A DNA stretch of 64,000 bases from Candidatus Poribacteria bacterium. Its GTDB lineage: Bacteria > Poribacteria > WGA-4E > PCPOR2b. The notes under the pieces were generated by a model. The model saw nothing but the letters and a program-made list of their open reading frames with translations, had not been told where the DNA came from and ran no database searches. The stretch is taken from positions 192,001 to 256,000 of the forward strand of contig OZ244587.1 of NCBI GenBank assembly GCA_965218095.1, written 5' to 3'. Positions 44,270 to 54,633 of the stretch are shown piece by piece; position 1 is the first letter of the stretch; every line of letters starts with the position of its first letter. Both the position numbers and the translations under genes were made by a program.

Positions 44270-44753
44270 ATGGTAGATAAACAATTTTGGCGCAACCGAA
44301 TCGAAACTGCCTGGGAACACCGTTCGGTCGTATGGCTGTCCGGGGTGCGGCGCGTTGGAAAAACGTGCTTGTGCCAGACACTCCCTGATATTGAATACTT
44401 CGATTGTGAACTGCCTCGCGTCAGACGATTGATGGAAGACCCACAGGCATTTCTCGACAGCGAAGGTGACGATTGATGTGGAGAAAGTCCTTGGCGTTAA
44501 GCGCATCGAATTTTTCTCGCCACCGGATGCCGAACACCCTGAAACGGTTATCGAGTTTTTTGACTATCAATTATCGTCCGGTATCTGGCATCCGCGGAAA
44601 ATTAAGCGAGTCGATTATTGGATGAAAGCAGGTGTTCGGCAAATTTTCGGCACAACGGAGTGGGAGATAAGACAGACGGTGTTTAACGCCGGTTTTCCAG
44701 ACAATTTCTTTCAGGACCCAGCCCCAGGCAGAGTTATTCGCGTGGTACAATGA
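44270..44753 (+). pseudogene. AAA(DUF4143)-type ATPase N-terminal remnant joined to the C-terminal remnant of a LolA-like protein
   Basis: WLSGVRRVGKT Walker A then truncation; second piece FFDYQ..GIWHPRKI...FNAGFPDNFF. Confidence 0.5.
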
Positions 44754-44860
44754 ATCACGCAATTCCCAAACAGCGTGTCACTCCGACGATAATTCAATAC
44801 TCCTAGGGAACTGCAAACCACTGAATATCCAGGTCCGTCAGCTCCAGCAGGCAAATCACG

Positions 44861-47095
44861 TTATTCCTCCGCCGCAGTTGGGACCTCCGGCACGTAATTC
44901 TTCCCATCCCAAACATACACCGTTTGACCGACCAGTAAATCATCCGGTTTGACCCTGCCCGCCAAAAGTGCCTTCGCCAGACGGCTCCGCTCACGATAAT
45001 TTGCAAGTGCCCGTTCCGCCTCACGTTTAACAGCCCCATCTGAATGCAACACCCAATCCGCTAAGAGCTCCGATGCCTCCGGCGTGTCGATTTGGTCGAG
45101 TACCGGAATCGCCGCAAGGCGTGTGTCGACATCCTCGACTTCGGAGATAAGTGTCGTCCACCGATGCAGATGTGGAAAGTAATCCTCCTGTTTTATGGCT
45201 GCGAGCAGCGCGATTCTGTTGCTGTCGCTGGCATTCCATATCCTTTCCAGAAAGGTGTGCATGTGAGGTGTGTCGCAGCGTAGCATCGCTCGAATCAGGT
45301 TGGGTGGAACCGTAATCGGGTCAATCGCGGACTCGGCTTGGTATGCCTCAATCAGAAAGCGGTCTAACGATGGGTTTGGATGGTGTATTAGATTTTGCAC
45401 AACCGCCTTTTGATGGGGCGGCTGACGCCGGACGATGTCCCGGACATAACGGTACGTGCGGGCTGAATTTATACGGGTCAAGAGTCGCAATTTTTCGTCT
45501 TCAGGAAGTAGCCGCGCTTCCCCCAGCCATTCGGCGAGTGAATCGGCCTCCTCTTCGGTGAGTGCGCGCTCCAACCGCGCATGGATGAAATTGCGGAGTA
45601 GGCGCTCGGGGCCTCGCGGGTCGACCTGCGCGTGTTTGAGCACGAAACGACGCAGTTCTGGTTCGAGTGCCGAATTCTGCAACTGCGTCGCAAAGTCCAA
45701 CGCCCTCAGTTGTGGTTGAAACCGAATCCAAGAACTACCGGAGGTTATGAGAGGCTTGTAGTGGCTGACGTCGTCGAGATACTGCCGGACAAGCCGCAAG
45801 GCTTCCTCACGCGAATAGTTGCCAACCATGCTCAGAAACCGTTCCCCGCGTCGGGATTCGTAAACAAGTCGTTTGAACAATGCCGGTGGGGGGCTCTTCA
45901 ACACGGCGTACTCCAACGGCAGAAATTCCGCAGGTTCACCAGCCATCGAATGATTTAACCCAGAAACAAAAATCTGCCATGGCTGAATTGCCCGGGAAAG
46001 CAGTTCGAGGAAACGGGTTTCAATCAATTTCATGTTGTGTTGCATCATCACGTCCATCACCATGGACTCTGGTGATGGCGTGTGAAAGATTCGCCGTTGC
46101 TTTGCTCGTGACATAATCTCGTCCAAGACAGCTTCCCACGCCTGTGCTGACATCCCCTCGTGAATGCCAAACTCCGTCTGAATCGCCATCTCAAGTGCTC
46201 GCATCACCCGTGAATCCCGCTGACCCACCTCATATAAATGTCGGAAAAGTAGACCGGAAAATCTGGCAACGTGCGTCCGCCATTCTACGGAGGGTTGATA
46301 GTTCGACCGCTTCAAGTCGTGTAGCAGATGCTTCAGATACGGCTGGACAGACGAGTACTGTAAATCTGGCACCCACGACTGGGGTCTGCTGAGAGGTTGG
46401 CCATCTTCATAAGAACCCCAAACCATACCTCCACTCGCCGCTAACCCTGCACATCCGTCTTTCTCGAAACGCCACCAGTAACCGGATTTCACGGCATCGT
46501 GATAGCTGGAGAACCCCGGTTCGTGGAAGACGCGGTGTCGGTCGAAATAGTTGTAAGGGATGTAGAACCATCGCAACTCCGTGTTCGCTAATCCATAGCG
46601 GTGCGTTTTGATCTTCTCAATGAACTCCTCTTCAATAACTATCTTCTGACGGGGCGGCGTGTCCCACGGCTTCACCTTCTCGTGAAACTCTGCCTCCGAG
46701 ATTTTAAGCGGCGTTTCACCCAGATACACATCGTTGCAGTACACTTCAATTCCCGGTTCATGTGCGTATATTACAAGCTGACGCGGCCCGGCTCCGCTAC
46801 CTTCTAAGCGGATCCTGCTGAAGGAAACTGTGAGCAAAAAGAAACCAAAGAACACGGTAAGAACCGCTAAACGTAAACGGCCTTTCCAGATTACCAAGAT
46901 GATACTCGCCACATAGAGTGCTATCATCAAGACAACAACTGATAAATGAAGCCAATGTCCGCCCTTAATTAGTGATTGAATGTAACCTAGCTTGATGACC
47001 CGAATCAATTGAGGATACAATAGCACAGGCAAAAAGATAACGAACACCGTCACATTCAGGGCCCACCAATTTGCTTGATTGTCATTTTTCATCAT
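44861..47095 (-). CDS. Membrane protein with a PEGA-like domain and HEAT-like C-terminus
   Basis: 3 TM helices; PGIEVYCNDVYLGETPL; TRLAAIPVLDQIDTPEA...VKREAERAL. Confidence 0.65.
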   Translation of the reverse strand: MMKNDNQANWWALNVTVFVIFLPVLLYPQLIRVIKLGYIQSLIKGGHWLHLSVVVLMIALYVASIILVIWKGRLRLAVLTVFFGFFLLTVSFSRIRLEGSGAGPRQLVIYAHEPGIEVYCNDVYLGETPLKISEAEFHEKVKPWDTPPRQKIVIEEEFIEKIKTHRYGLANTELRWFYIPYNYFDRHRVFHEPGFSSYHDAVKSGYWWRFEKDGCAGLAASGGMVWGSYEDGQPLSRPQSWVPDLQYSSVQPYLKHLLHDLKRSNYQPSVEWRTHVARFSGLLFRHLYEVGQRDSRVMRALEMAIQTEFGIHEGMSAQAWEAVLDEIMSRAKQRRIFHTPSPESMVMDVMMQHNMKLIETRFLELLSRAIQPWQIFVSGLNHSMAGEPAEFLPLEYAVLKSPPPALFKRLVYESRRGERFLSMVGNYSREEALRLVRQYLDDVSHYKPLITSGSSWIRFQPQLRALDFATQLQNSALEPELRRFVLKHAQVDPRGPERLLRNFIHARLERALTEEEADSLAEWLGEARLLPEDEKLRLLTRINSARTYRYVRDIVRRQPPHQKAVVQNLIHHPNPSLDRFLIEAYQAESAIDPITVPPNLIRAMLRCDTPHMHTFLERIWNASDSNRIALLAAIKQEDYFPHLHRWTTLISEVEDVDTRLAAIPVLDQIDTPEASELLADWVLHSDGAVKREAERALANYRERSRLAKALLAGRVKPDDLLVGQTVYVWDGKNYVPEVPTAAEE

Positions 47096-47112
47096 TCTCA
47101 CCTCCGAATAGC

Positions 47113-47832
47113 TTAAGCCTCAATCTCCAAGTGTTGATAACAGTGGAGCGACGCCAACGTTCCCACTATTGTCACCAGCGCAACGTAGATTAGCTGATAG
47201 TGAATTGGGCCGATGTGTATAAAAGACCCCGTTAACATTGTCACCAGCGCAAAGGAGATCAGCCGATAGCGAATTGGGCCGATGTTTGTAAAAAAACCCA
47301 CTGAAATTGACACCAACATCACGAAGACTAACACAGTTCCGAGGATATCCCGCCACGTTGGTGGACGCACGCTCACAATGCGCCCGCGTAGTTTCAGGAA
47401 CATGATGATCTCGTAGCCCAAAATCGAAAACAGCGCAATCGTCCCAAGAACGGATAGTTCATACCATTTGACCATCGGCTGATAAGGTGAGTTCATCAGC
47501 ACCTGTACCCCACTTCGCAGCCCAGTGGCAATGGTGGCGAATACAGCCATAATCGTCAGCAACTGAAGCGAGATCCCGAAGGACCAGCGTGTCAGGAACA
47601 ACCGCTTACGCGATAATGGGCGCGAAAAGATGAACGCCCCAACACCCCCAGAATCGCTGAACAGCCGCCAAGCGATGACCGAGCCCTGTAGGCAGGCAAT
47701 CAAGTTCACTCTCCAATCACCGCTCGATAACGGCGTTTTCTGAAACAACACGTACCCAACGGTTAGCAGTAGGAAAGGTGCATAGTACGGACAGACTTTC
47801 CGCCCGTCGATTTTCAGTATTTCGATGGACAT
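47113..47832 (-). CDS. ABC-2-type permease-like membrane protein
   Basis: FIFSRPLSRKRLFLTR motif, 6-7 TM helices, operonic with the ABC ATPase. Confidence 0.7.
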   Translation of the reverse strand: MSIEILKIDGRKVCPYYAPFLLLTVGYVLFQKTPLSSGDWRVNLIACLQGSVIAWRLFSDSGGVGAFIFSRPLSRKRLFLTRWSFGISLQLLTIMAVFATIATGLRSGVQVLMNSPYQPMVKWYELSVLGTIALFSILGYEIIMFLKLRGRIVSVRPPTWRDILGTVLVFVMLVSISVGFFTNIGPIRYRLISFALVTMLTGSFIHIGPIHYQLIYVALVTIVGTLASLHCYQHLEIEA

Positions 47833-48105
47833 ATCTCCTCCGTTGATATTGAAGATTAAATATTATACCGCTTCTGAATAATTTTGTCGCACGATTCGGA
47901 CAGAAAGCGCAGAGACAATGAGAAAGTGAGGGAAAAATCGCACGGGTGAAAGGGTGACAATGGGAAAGTGAGACAAAGACAAGACATTGGTTTCTTGCTT
48001 TTGTTTTGGCTCACCTGCTCGTTTTCACACCTGTTCACTTTCTTCTTCTGCTTGCCGGCTCGCTCCCTCGTTTCAACAATGCGTGACTCTTTATCAGAAT
48101 TGGTA

Positions 48106-49047
48106 TTAAATCCCTCTGCGTCTCCGCGTTAAATATCTGGTAATCCTTCGCCGCTTTGCAGTGCCCTCGACAAGTTTCACAAAAAGGTCTTCTAGGTTGA
48201 AACCGTGAACTTGAGCGGTCTCGCCCCATCTGTATTGCTGGCAGAGTGCTCGAAAACGCGCTTCGTCGAAGTCACGGACGATGGCGACTGTCTGTCCTTC
48301 GAGCGACTCGTATCGCAGAATCTCGAAGTGTGGGTCAAGCGATTCGCGGGGTATGGCGCCCGGCAAGTGGAGTTGGCGGACCTCTGTTTTGAGGTCATTG
48401 AGTGCCCCCGACAGATGCAATTGACCACGATGGAGAATCGCCAGCCGGTCAATGACCCGCTCCAGGTCACTCAATAGGTGAGACGAAAGGAATACCGTTC
48501 GCCGTCCATCATACACCTGCTCCAGAATGAGATTCAGGAATTTGTGCCGTGCAACCACATCAAGCCCCGCGGCAGGTTCATCGAGGATCAGGACATCAGC
48601 GTTCTGACAAATCGCAAGTAGCAGACAGAGCCGACGTTTCTCGCCTCTTGAGAACGATTGATATTTTTTAAAGCGGCGCAGGTCGAACTCGCCTAGTAGC
48701 TGTTCCGCAAGCCTGTTGTCCCACTTCGGGTACAGCGAAGCGTTGAGTTGTATCGCGTGCGCCGGCGTCATCCAACTCGGCAGGTGCATGTTGTCCGAAA
48801 CATAAGCCACACGACGCCGTTCCGATTCGGTCAGTTTCCACGGATTCGTACCGAGTAGGTTGACCTCGCCTTCGGTGGGATGCAGGTGACCCATAATCAT
48901 CCGAACCGTCGTTGTTTTTCCCGCGCCGTTGACGCCCAAGAACCCGAAAACCGAGCCTTGCGGCACCGTCAAATTGAGTGAATTGACCGCTTTTCTGTAC
49001 TCGAAAACCTTCGTGAGATTTTGTGTTTGAATAACGTTCTCGCTCAT
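48106..49047 (-). CDS. ABC transporter ATP-binding protein (YtrB-like)
   Basis: GVNGAGKTT, FSRGE, LILDEPAAGLD, SSHLL. Confidence 0.92.
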   Translation of the reverse strand: MSENVIQTQNLTKVFEYRKAVNSLNLTVPQGSVFGFLGVNGAGKTTTVRMIMGHLHPTEGEVNLLGTNPWKLTESERRRVAYVSDNMHLPSWMTPAHAIQLNASLYPKWDNRLAEQLLGEFDLRRFKKYQSFSRGEKRRLCLLLAICQNADVLILDEPAAGLDVVARHKFLNLILEQVYDGRRTVFLSSHLLSDLERVIDRLAILHRGQLHLSGALNDLKTEVRQLHLPGAIPRESLDPHFEILRYESLEGQTVAIVRDFDEARFRALCQQYRWGETAQVHGFNLEDLFVKLVEGTAKRRRITRYLTRRRRGI

Positions 49048-49433
49048 CCCTCACCTTTCTGGATGCTTCGATACGCCGCATCGACAATCAGGTCAATCTC
49101 CTCGCGGGTCAGCCCGAATCGTAGCCCTTCGACCAGCATTTTCCGGGCGTGTTCCGAAACGATTCGGTGAATCTCCTCGCTCGCAAGCGAGACCACTTTC
49201 GGCGCGACGAACGCACCTTGACCCTGACGCAGTATTAGGATGCCCTCGTACGCTAACTCGTTGTAGATTCTCGCCGAGGTGGTCGGATTAATCTTCAGGG
49301 TTTTCGCCAACTCGCGGATAGAGGGCATGCGATCTCCGGGCTTTAGTCCACCGTTGACGACGGAGAGCTTTATCTGCTCAATGACCTGTTGATAGATCGG
49401 TTGGCTGCTGTTGTAGTCAATATGGAAAAGCAT
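49044..49433 (-). CDS. GntR-family regulator, YtrA subfamily
   Basis: PIYQQVIEQIK..GLKPGDRMPSIRELA..INPTT..Y..L..EG..RQGQGAFV; short C-terminus. Confidence 0.9.
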   Translation of the reverse strand: MLFHIDYNSSQPIYQQVIEQIKLSVVNGGLKPGDRMPSIRELAKTLKINPTTSARIYNELAYEGILILRQGQGAFVAPKVVSLASEEIHRIVSEHARKMLVEGLRFGLTREEIDLIVDAAYRSIQKGEG

Positions 49434-49451
49434 CAGTACCTCATCTGTATG

Positions 49452-49478
49452 AACTGTATGGTATATTATCATACAGTT
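49452..49478. promoter_or_regulatory. YtrA-type operator overlapping the promoter
   Basis: AACTGTATG-N9-CATACAGTT; minus-strand TTGACA at 49487-92. Confidence 0.7.
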
Positions 49479-49757
49479 TGTCTATATGTCAAGGAAATAA
49501 GTAAAAATACCAATTTCAATTCTATTTGAGCCGATTCTGTGATATACTGAAGCCGATTGATAAATGAAAGAAATTGTGCCTCAATTGACATCTATGGCGG
49601 CGGGAGTCCAATAATCTTAGGTTGCTACTGACTAAGCCAAGTAGCCTTCTAACGTTCTGCTTCTGGCACATACCCGTCGGAATCCAGGCTGAAAGTGGAT
49701 TAGACCGCAAGCAACTTTTGCAATAAGTGGCAACTCGAGTGACAACCGCTAAAGGAG

Positions 49758-50300
49758 GTGCGAGCGGTGTGGGTTGATCGTCTGCTTAATATCTGTTTCC
49801 TCATTTTGTTTCTGTCCCTCCTGGTGACAGTGCCCTGCTATCTGGTCTGGAAGCGGAGAACAATGGGACGGGTCTTGTACCATCTGCCTATACCAAGATC
49901 CAACAAGGTACTTTTGGGCTTTATCATCGTTTTTTGGACCAGTGCCATGCTTGCACAAATCGTGTCGGTGATAAACAGCGGCTGGCAGTCTTCATCGGTT
50001 TTGTGGCCAATGCTAGGGTTAACATTCCCCCTATTTTCTCTGTCCTCCGCCAACCGGTTTGAAATCAGAGAAGCGGGAATCAACTCTCGGGGAAACTTTA
50101 CAAAGTGGAAAGGCCTAAACGCCTTCCAATGGAAAGAGGAAGGGGATTATAAATTCGGTTTGGGCAAAGAGGCGTATATCTTCGGCTTGTATAAGTCAGG
50201 TGACAAGTTCCCATGGTGGCTTGAGTGGGACAAGTTTCAACAAGACCAACGTGAAAACGTTGATAAGCTATTGTCCCGATACCTGCCGAAAGCGACTTGA
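49758..50300 (+). CDS. Membrane protein with a bacterial PH-like C-terminal domain
   Basis: AGGAGG RBS, 3 TM helices, FEIREAGI...KWKGLNAFQW. Confidence 0.6.
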   Translation: MRAVWVDRLLNICFLILFLSLLVTVPCYLVWKRRTMGRVLYHLPIPRSNKVLLGFIIVFWTSAMLAQIVSVINSGWQSSSVLWPMLGLTFPLFSLSSANRFEIREAGINSRGNFTKWKGLNAFQWKEEGDYKFGLGKEAYIFGLYKSGDKFPWWLEWDKFQQDQRENVDKLLSRYLPKAT

Positions 50301-50468
50301 GAAAAGCGGTAAACGGCACGCGGTAGGTGTCCGATATTCAGTGGCACCATAGGTGTCAATTTATTCTTAGGGGCACCCCTTGTGGGTGCCCCTACGGAAT
50401 TGCGGATTGGCGCGGATTGTTGGATTTCGCCGGTTTTTTATGGAAATGTTCGATTGACTTTGACATTC

Positions 50469-50529
50469 ATGCTAAATTTTTCGCATTTTGTCTTGACACA
50501 TACTTTCGCACATGCTAAAATATTCGCAT
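50469..50529 (+). promoter_or_regulatory. BlaI-type promoter with two operator copies
   Basis: ATGCTAAATTTTTCGCAT and ATGCTAAAATATTCGCAT around TTGACA(50493)-17-TAAAAT. Confidence 0.75.
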
Positions 50530-50549
50530 ATTACAAAAGAGGTGGCGGA

Positions 50550-50951
50550 ATGGAAGATTATCGTATCGTAAAACTGAGTCGGCGTGAGCGGCAGATTATG
50601 GATGTCGTCTATCAACACGGTCACGCTTCCGTTGCCGATGTCCTCGCAGACCTCCCCGATCCCCCAAGCTACTCTACGGTTCGGGCGTTGTTGCGGATTT
50701 TGGAGGAGAAAGGGCATCTTACCCACGAAAAAGATGGCCCACGCTACATCTATCGCCCCACGCAACCGCGCCATCAGGCGGGGCGTTCTGCGCTCAAACA
50801 GATTGTTCAGACTTTTTTCGATAAATCGATCGAAAAAACGGTCGCGGCGTTGGTTTCCGATGCTGAAGTCTCGGATGACGAACTTGACCGTTTAAGCCGA
50901 CTCATCGAGCAAGCCAAAAAAGGAGACAATTCTCATGATACAATTGATTGA
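50550..50951 (+). CDS. BlaI/MecI/CopY-family repressor
   Basis: LSRRERQIMD..YSTVRALLRILEEKG..G.RYIY..TFF...DELDRL. Confidence 0.92.
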   Translation: MEDYRIVKLSRRERQIMDVVYQHGHASVADVLADLPDPPSYSTVRALLRILEEKGHLTHEKDGPRYIYRPTQPRHQAGRSALKQIVQTFFDKSIEKTVAALVSDAEVSDDELDRLSRLIEQAKKGDNSHDTID

Positions 50952-53900
50952 CGCACTCAACGCAAACCTGTGGCTGAAATTTCTGGTTGACGCCACGCTG
51001 AAAAGTTTCGTGATTTTCGCCCTTGCGGGTGTATTTGGGTTCATTCTCCGTCGCCAATCGGCGGCGTTGCGCGGTTTGGTTTGGGGCATGGCGATTGTCG
51101 GATGCCTTATTGTCCCGCTGTTTTCTCTCGCGCTCTCCAAGTGGCAGGTCGGTGTCCTACCGGGAACGCTAGGCGGATTTGAGGCGGAAGTGTTGGTAGA
51201 TAACAGTCAGCCACCCGCGACACTTGTTCCGATTGCGCCACACCCGGCGCCGTCAACCGCGGCGCCACCAACCCAAGCCACACCGACACCGCTTAAACCG
51301 CAACCCGCGACCGGCGGGAGTGGCATCCTCGCCTCGCTTCATTGGAGCGATTGGCTGGCAGTGGTCTGGGCAGGGGGCTGCCTTTTTCTACTCGCCCGTT
51401 TGATTGTTGGCATCGGTGCCGTCTGGCACATCTCCGCCCGTAGCAACGACTTCAGCGGTTCGATTCAGGGCTTGCGACTCAATTGGAAGCGAGGGGTCAG
51501 CGTCCGTCGAAGTGACGCTGTCACGGTGCCGATGATGTGGGGTTTCTTTCGTCCTGTGATTTTGTTGCCCGCCGATGCAAACCATTGGCAGGCGGAACGG
51601 CGACGCGCTGTTTTACTCCACGAGTTGGCGCACATCCAACGGCGAGATTGGTTGATGCAGACGATAGCACAGATAACGTGTGCGGTCTACTGGTTTAATC
51701 CACTCGTATGGTTTGCTGTGCGTCGGATGCGAACAGAGGCCGAGCAGGCGTGCGATGACCATGTGTTAAACACGGGGTATCAATCGACCGACTACGCCCA
51801 ACACCTGCTCGATATTGTGGGAAACATGAAGGCGGCTGGCTCGGCGTCGCGGGCGGCAGTAGCGATGGCGCGTCCCTCTAACATCGAAGGGCGGCTTCGA
51901 AAGGTTCTCGCCGAAAATCTGAATCGGCGTCCGGTGACGAAGGTCGCCGTGGTGATAGGACTGCTTGTCCTCACCTGTTTCGCCGTCCCGATGGGCGCGA
52001 TGCAGTTGGCGGAAGCGGTTGACCAAGAGGGGGTGTTGTATCAAGAAATTGAGACGGTTTCCGATTTCCAACCGGAGCCGTTGCCAGAAAACCCGACCGA
52101 AACAGAGAAAGCGGCACGTCAGGAACAGTACCGGCAGAAGTGGGAACGCGGTCTCCAACTCTGCGAGCAGTTTCTCAACGTCTACCCGGAGAGCGAACGA
52201 TACGATGAGATGTTATATAAAAAACTCCGCTACGTCCGTAATCTCGGACGCGATGCCGAGTTTGATGCCGGCGTTGAGAAGTTTTTCTCGGAACGTCCAT
52301 CTTCGGAATATGCCAGCGAAATTCGTAGTCTCCGCGCGTATCATCTAGAGAGCCAGTTTAGATACGACGAAGCCCTTGCGGAATGGGACAAAATTGATGA
52401 CCCGGCGTTTCTACACAGAGTGTACGACCGGAAAGGACAGATTTACGGACGGATGGGCAATTCGGCGAAATGGAGGGAATTTGACCTGCTTCGCGCCGAG
52501 CTTATCTTGGGAAAATCCGCGCCCGAATTTTCGCACACGAGCGTGCATGGCGTCCCCGTCTCGTTGGGTGCCCTGCGCGGCAAAGTGGTCGTGCTCTACC
52601 ACTGGTCAACACGAGATGGAAGAACGGTGCGAGATGACGAAACCGGAGGGGAGATATCGACACTCAAGCGGCTACACGAAACGCACGGCGAAAACCCCAA
52701 TTTCGTCCTGATCACTGTCTGTTCGCAGAGCAGTGAAGCTAAGGTGAAGCAGTTCGTCGAGACATACGCAATGCCGGGCAATCTGCTCCTCGAACTCGAG
52801 GCGGTGCCGTATCAGTTCGGCGTGATGGGTTGGCCCTACTATGTGGTCATTGATAAAGCGGGGATACTCCGCGAGAGTGCGCACGGTTTCGTGCTGAGGG
52901 ATTTGGAGGTTGAACGTTTGGTCACGGCACTGTTGGCGGAGGACACAAACGCCCCCGGCGAGCGTATCATCCCCCGGATTAGTCAACTCCGTGCCGAGGT
53001 TTACATGTTTCAAGACCAGGAGGAAAAAGCTCTCGCCGAATATGAAAAACTCCTCGCTTTTACCCCAAACAATTTCTACGTTATGATGCAGGTTCTCAGC
53101 TACAAACGAGAGCAAACGGGTAAGGTGATGGCATTGATGAATCAAGCATATGACTGGATTGTTGAAGCGAGTCAGTTGTCTCCAGACCTAGAACTCGATA
53201 TCGCAGATCATGCGCTTGAGTTGGCGGGATTCTTCTCTCAACAAGGCAACCGAGAAAAAACATGGGCGCTGTTTCAGATTGCGGTTGCGCACGAGGACGA
53301 TGATAACTATAACTCCGCTATCAATTACGCAAAACAGGAACCGGAACGTTTCGCGGCGATTCAGGATATGCCCGAATTTCAGAAACTTCTCGCCGACACA
53401 CCACAGACTGAGACGGACAAACGATTGGACGAAGCGAACCGGAAACGCGAAATGTATGCAGAAGCCCTGTATACCGCATACAAATCGTTCACGGGGGTGG
53501 AAGCGGACGGTGAGATTTTCACAGGCGTCATCCTGAGCCAAGTCGGTCATATTCTCGTACCGGCGAGCGTCGCGCGAGCCGAAGTCATTCGCACCAAAAT
53601 CGTCGATTACCAGCCCACCAAAGTTGTCGCCATTGACACGGAGAGCGGATTGGCGGTGGTGCAGGTGGACGGACAGAACTACCTTCGACCAGTTGTCCTC
53701 GGAATTGTGGACGATTTGCGGGAATACGTCCCGATTCCGCTACCCAACCCGGCGGACGGTTACACGTACCCGAGCATATCGGTGATCTCCGCACGCGGCT
53801 ATCCCAACCATCCCAATCTACCCCCGGAGATTCATCAGCAGGCTGTTGGACATCCGATCGAGCAGCACGCCAGCATCATGCAACTCGAAATTGGCGATGA

Positions 53901-54633
53901 CGGGAAGGTGACAACGCTGAAAGCGGCAACTGGGCGCCCCGGCGAAATCAGCAGAGGCGACGCACTCGTTTACTACGACGGACGACTGCTCGCACTTTCA
54001 CTTGAAAATGAGGTGCGCTACGGCGTTTGGGGCCCGAGTGCCGACCCGATACCGATCGACCAGATCCGTACCGCGCTTGAACGAATGAACATAATCGACT
54101 TGATGGAAAGTCGCATTCAGAAACCAGCGGAGAGGTTTGAACTGGTGCTCGAGGCGGAGGATTTCACGCAGCTGGATGGGGTAAAACCGAAAGTGCAACC
54201 GTTCCTGACAGTCGATGACGAAACCGCATCCGGCGGCGCGTTCATCGTTGCCAATACAGCATTGGACGACCAATACCGAGAAACTGAAACGTGGCTAACG
54301 TATGAGGTTGAGATTCCGGCGGATGGTGACTACGCGCTCTGGCTCTATGGGCGGGCGCACACCGGCAAGAGCGATTCCTTCTTCGTCGGTACAGACCTTG
54401 AAACGCGACGCGCGTGCGACGTGGGCAGCTACGACGAGTGGGGCGCGGTGCCGGCAATTGACCGGACTTCAGTACAGGCAATACCGGCGTTTAGCTTCAC
54501 ACAAGGGGTGCACGAAATTCGGATCTTCGTCCGGGAGACGGGCACGGAGTTGGATGCCATCGTGATTACGAACGACCTGAGTTTAGGCGCAGAGGAGATT
54601 AACCGAAGATTTGTGTTACAAAACGATCTATGA
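50935..54633 (+). CDS. BlaR1-type M56 peptidase with TPR, redoxin-like, trypsin-like and CBM-like extracytoplasmic domains
   Basis: LLHELAHIQRRD, YWFNPLVW, EQACDD, YAQHLL; APEFS..G..VSL..LRGKVVVL; LEAEDF..ASGG.. Confidence 0.85.
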   Translation: MIQLIDALNANLWLKFLVDATLKSFVIFALAGVFGFILRRQSAALRGLVWGMAIVGCLIVPLFSLALSKWQVGVLPGTLGGFEAEVLVDNSQPPATLVPIAPHPAPSTAAPPTQATPTPLKPQPATGGSGILASLHWSDWLAVVWAGGCLFLLARLIVGIGAVWHISARSNDFSGSIQGLRLNWKRGVSVRRSDAVTVPMMWGFFRPVILLPADANHWQAERRRAVLLHELAHIQRRDWLMQTIAQITCAVYWFNPLVWFAVRRMRTEAEQACDDHVLNTGYQSTDYAQHLLDIVGNMKAAGSASRAAVAMARPSNIEGRLRKVLAENLNRRPVTKVAVVIGLLVLTCFAVPMGAMQLAEAVDQEGVLYQEIETVSDFQPEPLPENPTETEKAARQEQYRQKWERGLQLCEQFLNVYPESERYDEMLYKKLRYVRNLGRDAEFDAGVEKFFSERPSSEYASEIRSLRAYHLESQFRYDEALAEWDKIDDPAFLHRVYDRKGQIYGRMGNSAKWREFDLLRAELILGKSAPEFSHTSVHGVPVSLGALRGKVVVLYHWSTRDGRTVRDDETGGEISTLKRLHETHGENPNFVLITVCSQSSEAKVKQFVETYAMPGNLLLELEAVPYQFGVMGWPYYVVIDKAGILRESAHGFVLRDLEVERLVTALLAEDTNAPGERIIPRISQLRAEVYMFQDQEEKALAEYEKLLAFTPNNFYVMMQVLSYKREQTGKVMALMNQAYDWIVEASQLSPDLELDIADHALELAGFFSQQGNREKTWALFQIAVAHEDDDNYNSAINYAKQEPERFAAIQDMPEFQKLLADTPQTETDKRLDEANRKREMYAEALYTAYKSFTGVEADGEIFTGVILSQVGHILVPASVARAEVIRTKIVDYQPTKVVAIDTESGLAVVQVDGQNYLRPVVLGIVDDLREYVPIPLPNPADGYTYPSISVISARGYPNHPNLPPEIHQQAVGHPIEQHASIMQLEIGDDGKVTTLKAATGRPGEISRGDALVYYDGRLLALSLENEVRYGVWGPSADPIPIDQIRTALERMNIIDLMESRIQKPAERFELVLEAEDFTQLDGVKPKVQPFLTVDDETASGGAFIVANTALDDQYRETETWLTYEVEIPADGDYALWLYGRAHTGKSDSFFVGTDLETRRACDVGSYDEWGAVPAIDRTSVQAIPAFSFTQGVHEIRIFVRETGTELDAIVITNDLSLGAEEINRRFVLQNDL

